Shown here piece by piece: positions 63,002 to 64,000 of a stretch of DNA of 64,000 nucleotides. The position numbers were made by a program, and so were the translations under genes. Position 1 is the stretch's first letter. Every line of letters begins with the position of its first letter. The notes beneath the pieces were generated by a model. The model was given only the letters and a program-made list of their open reading frames with translations. It made no database searches and was not told where the DNA came from. The stretch lies in assembly GCA_035491895.1 (NCBI GenBank), contig DATJJY010000088.1, positions 12,592 to 76,591 on the forward strand. The letters are read 5' to 3'. Source of the DNA: Gemmatimonadales bacterium (GTDB lineage Bacteria > Gemmatimonadota > Gemmatimonadetes > Gemmatimonadales > GWC2-71-9).

Positions 63002-64000
63002 CTACTGCCGGCGCTGGCCCTTGAGTCCGTAGTTATGCAAATGCTTCCACATCTCCTGCTCCATCTCGGCCCAGACGCGCGGTGCGTCGGTCACCAAGGC
63101 GGCAACGACAGCCGGCGAAGCGGCCGCAACAGCCTGGCAACTGCCGTCGGGATTCGCCTGACCACCGCACGTGTACAATGGTAGCTGCAGGACGCCCAGC
63201 TCCTTCGCCGGCACGGGCATCTCGTGTGGTGTGTTCGGCTCGAGTTTGTCGAGGCGCCGCATGTTGTAGTACACGGCATTGTTCGAGCCTAACAATTCGA
63301 CGTCCATCTCGTATTGCACGTCGGCGAGGGTCCCCGCCGATGGCGTCAAACCGCCGCGCGGTCGACCCAAGCGGTCCGGTCCGACGTGTGTGTAGTTGAT
63401 GAGCGTCGCGGCGGTGGCTGCGTCCGGTGTCGGCTTCCTGAGCAGTGCCTCCGCCCAAATCAGGTCGTTTTCGGCCGCGAGCATATACGGGGCGTCTCCG
63501 GAACCGACACTTTCACCCTGGGGATTGTCGCCACAGAAGGTCAGACTGTCATAGCGGACCTGTCCGATGGCGCTCTGGTGCCACGCTCCACGGTCTTTAC
63601 GCTGGGCTTCCTGGTCGGAGCTCCAGACGTAGTCGTATCCACCATTGGCGGTGTCCACGGTCGCCGCGATCAAATCGGCGTAGGCCGCACCACCTCGGTA
63701 GCCCCCGGTACCCATCCGTTTGTCCGGGGAGTTGGGAGTCGAGTTGGACGCGATATTCCAGGGGTCCGGCTGCGTCGCCGGATCCATGAGGTGCGCGACG
63801 CGGGTGTGCACCCGCATCGTCGTCATATCGTTGCTCCACGCCTTCAGCAAGTCGCACCAGGTGTTGCACGCGTCCTGATGGAACGTCATGTCGAACGGCA
63901 CACCGGAGCTGATCCCTAGGGATGCGTATGCCGCCACGCGGGTCCAATCGACCACTCCGCCGGCCGAAACATCGGCATTTTGCGCCGCGGTGCGGGGAAA
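63002..64000 (-). CDS. SusD/RagB-family outer-membrane lipoprotein, C-terminal part (N-terminus outside window)
   Basis: The frame stays open from 63955 to the window edge. The segment YMLAAENDLIWAEALLRK and the C-terminal P.ELG..Q.P.YT pattern are typical of SusD-like proteins. Confidence 0.55.
   Translation of the reverse strand, partial: FPRTAAQNADVSAGGVVDWTRVAAYASLGISSGVPFDMTFHQDACNTWCDLLKAWSNDMTTMRVHTRVAHLMDPATQPDPWNIASNSTPNSPDKRMGTGGYRGGAAYADLIAATVDTANGGYDYVWSSDQEAQRKDRGAWHQSAIGQVRYDSLTFCGDNPQGESVGSGDAPYMLAAENDLIWAEALLRKPTPDAATAATLINYTHVGPDRLGRPRGGLTPSAGTLADVQYEMDVELLGSNNAVYYNMRRLDKLEPNTPHEMPVPAKELGVLQLPLYTCGGQANPDGSCQAVAAASPAVVAALVTDAPRVWAEMEQEMWKHLHNYGLKGQRRQ

Noticed and set aside
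1-64000. Window-wide look for prophage, integrase, defence-system (CRISPR-Cas, restriction-modification, retron, CBASS-like) or secondary-metabolite genes.
   Set aside because: No integrase, recombinase, reverse transcriptase, cas, methyltransferase/restriction, cyclase/effector or PKS/NRPS motifs were recognised in any credible ORF.

Overview
This is a gene-dense, visibly high-G+C bacterial chromosome segment. The gene content (SusD/CRTAC1-type genes, a TonB-dependent receptor with an N-terminal carboxypeptidase-regulatory-like domain, many lipoproteins) suggests a Gemmatimonadota-like organism, but that is inference only. I recognise about 55 protein-coding genes and no rRNA, tRNA or CRISPR array. 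All calls come from reading motifs in the supplied translations; no searches were run.

Most of the window is housekeeping:
- Glycine cleavage and lipoate metabolism: gcvH, gcvP and an LplA-family gene at 549-6327. A second block at 29143-38751 holds thiO-like, lipA, pdhA, pdhB, E2, lpdA, lipB and a sulfite-oxidase-family gene.
- A replication/translation block: dnaE, accA, a PSP1/RicT-like gene and metG.
- Peptide scavenging: a Dpp/Opp-type ABC transporter, a POT transporter, DUF1028, M20, C26 and M23 enzymes.

Accessory or unusual content:
1. A family of heptanucleotide-phased tandem repeats at five loci, two of them inside coding sequence, including the E2 linker.
2. A low-G+C IS200/RAYT-type Y1 transposase gene bracketed by inverted 33-nt REP-like palindromes.
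3. A peptide ABC operon split by a lipoprotein plus TPR/HD-GYP gene pair.
4. A hybrid histidine kinase apparently co-transcribed with glycosyltransferases, one of them a GT2::DUF3108 fusion.
5. A translationally coupled antiporter / HExxH-lipoprotein / beta-barrel / aminopeptidase operon with a long hairpin over one start codon.
6. A TPM / nucleotidyltransferase / LemA cluster.
7. A RicT-like protein with an Arg9-Gly(~15) tail.

I could not establish a clearly novel multi-gene system from the sequence alone. The candidates above are ranked in the findings. Many long ORFs in the six-frame track are antisense or out-of-frame shadows typical of high-G+C DNA and were rejected.
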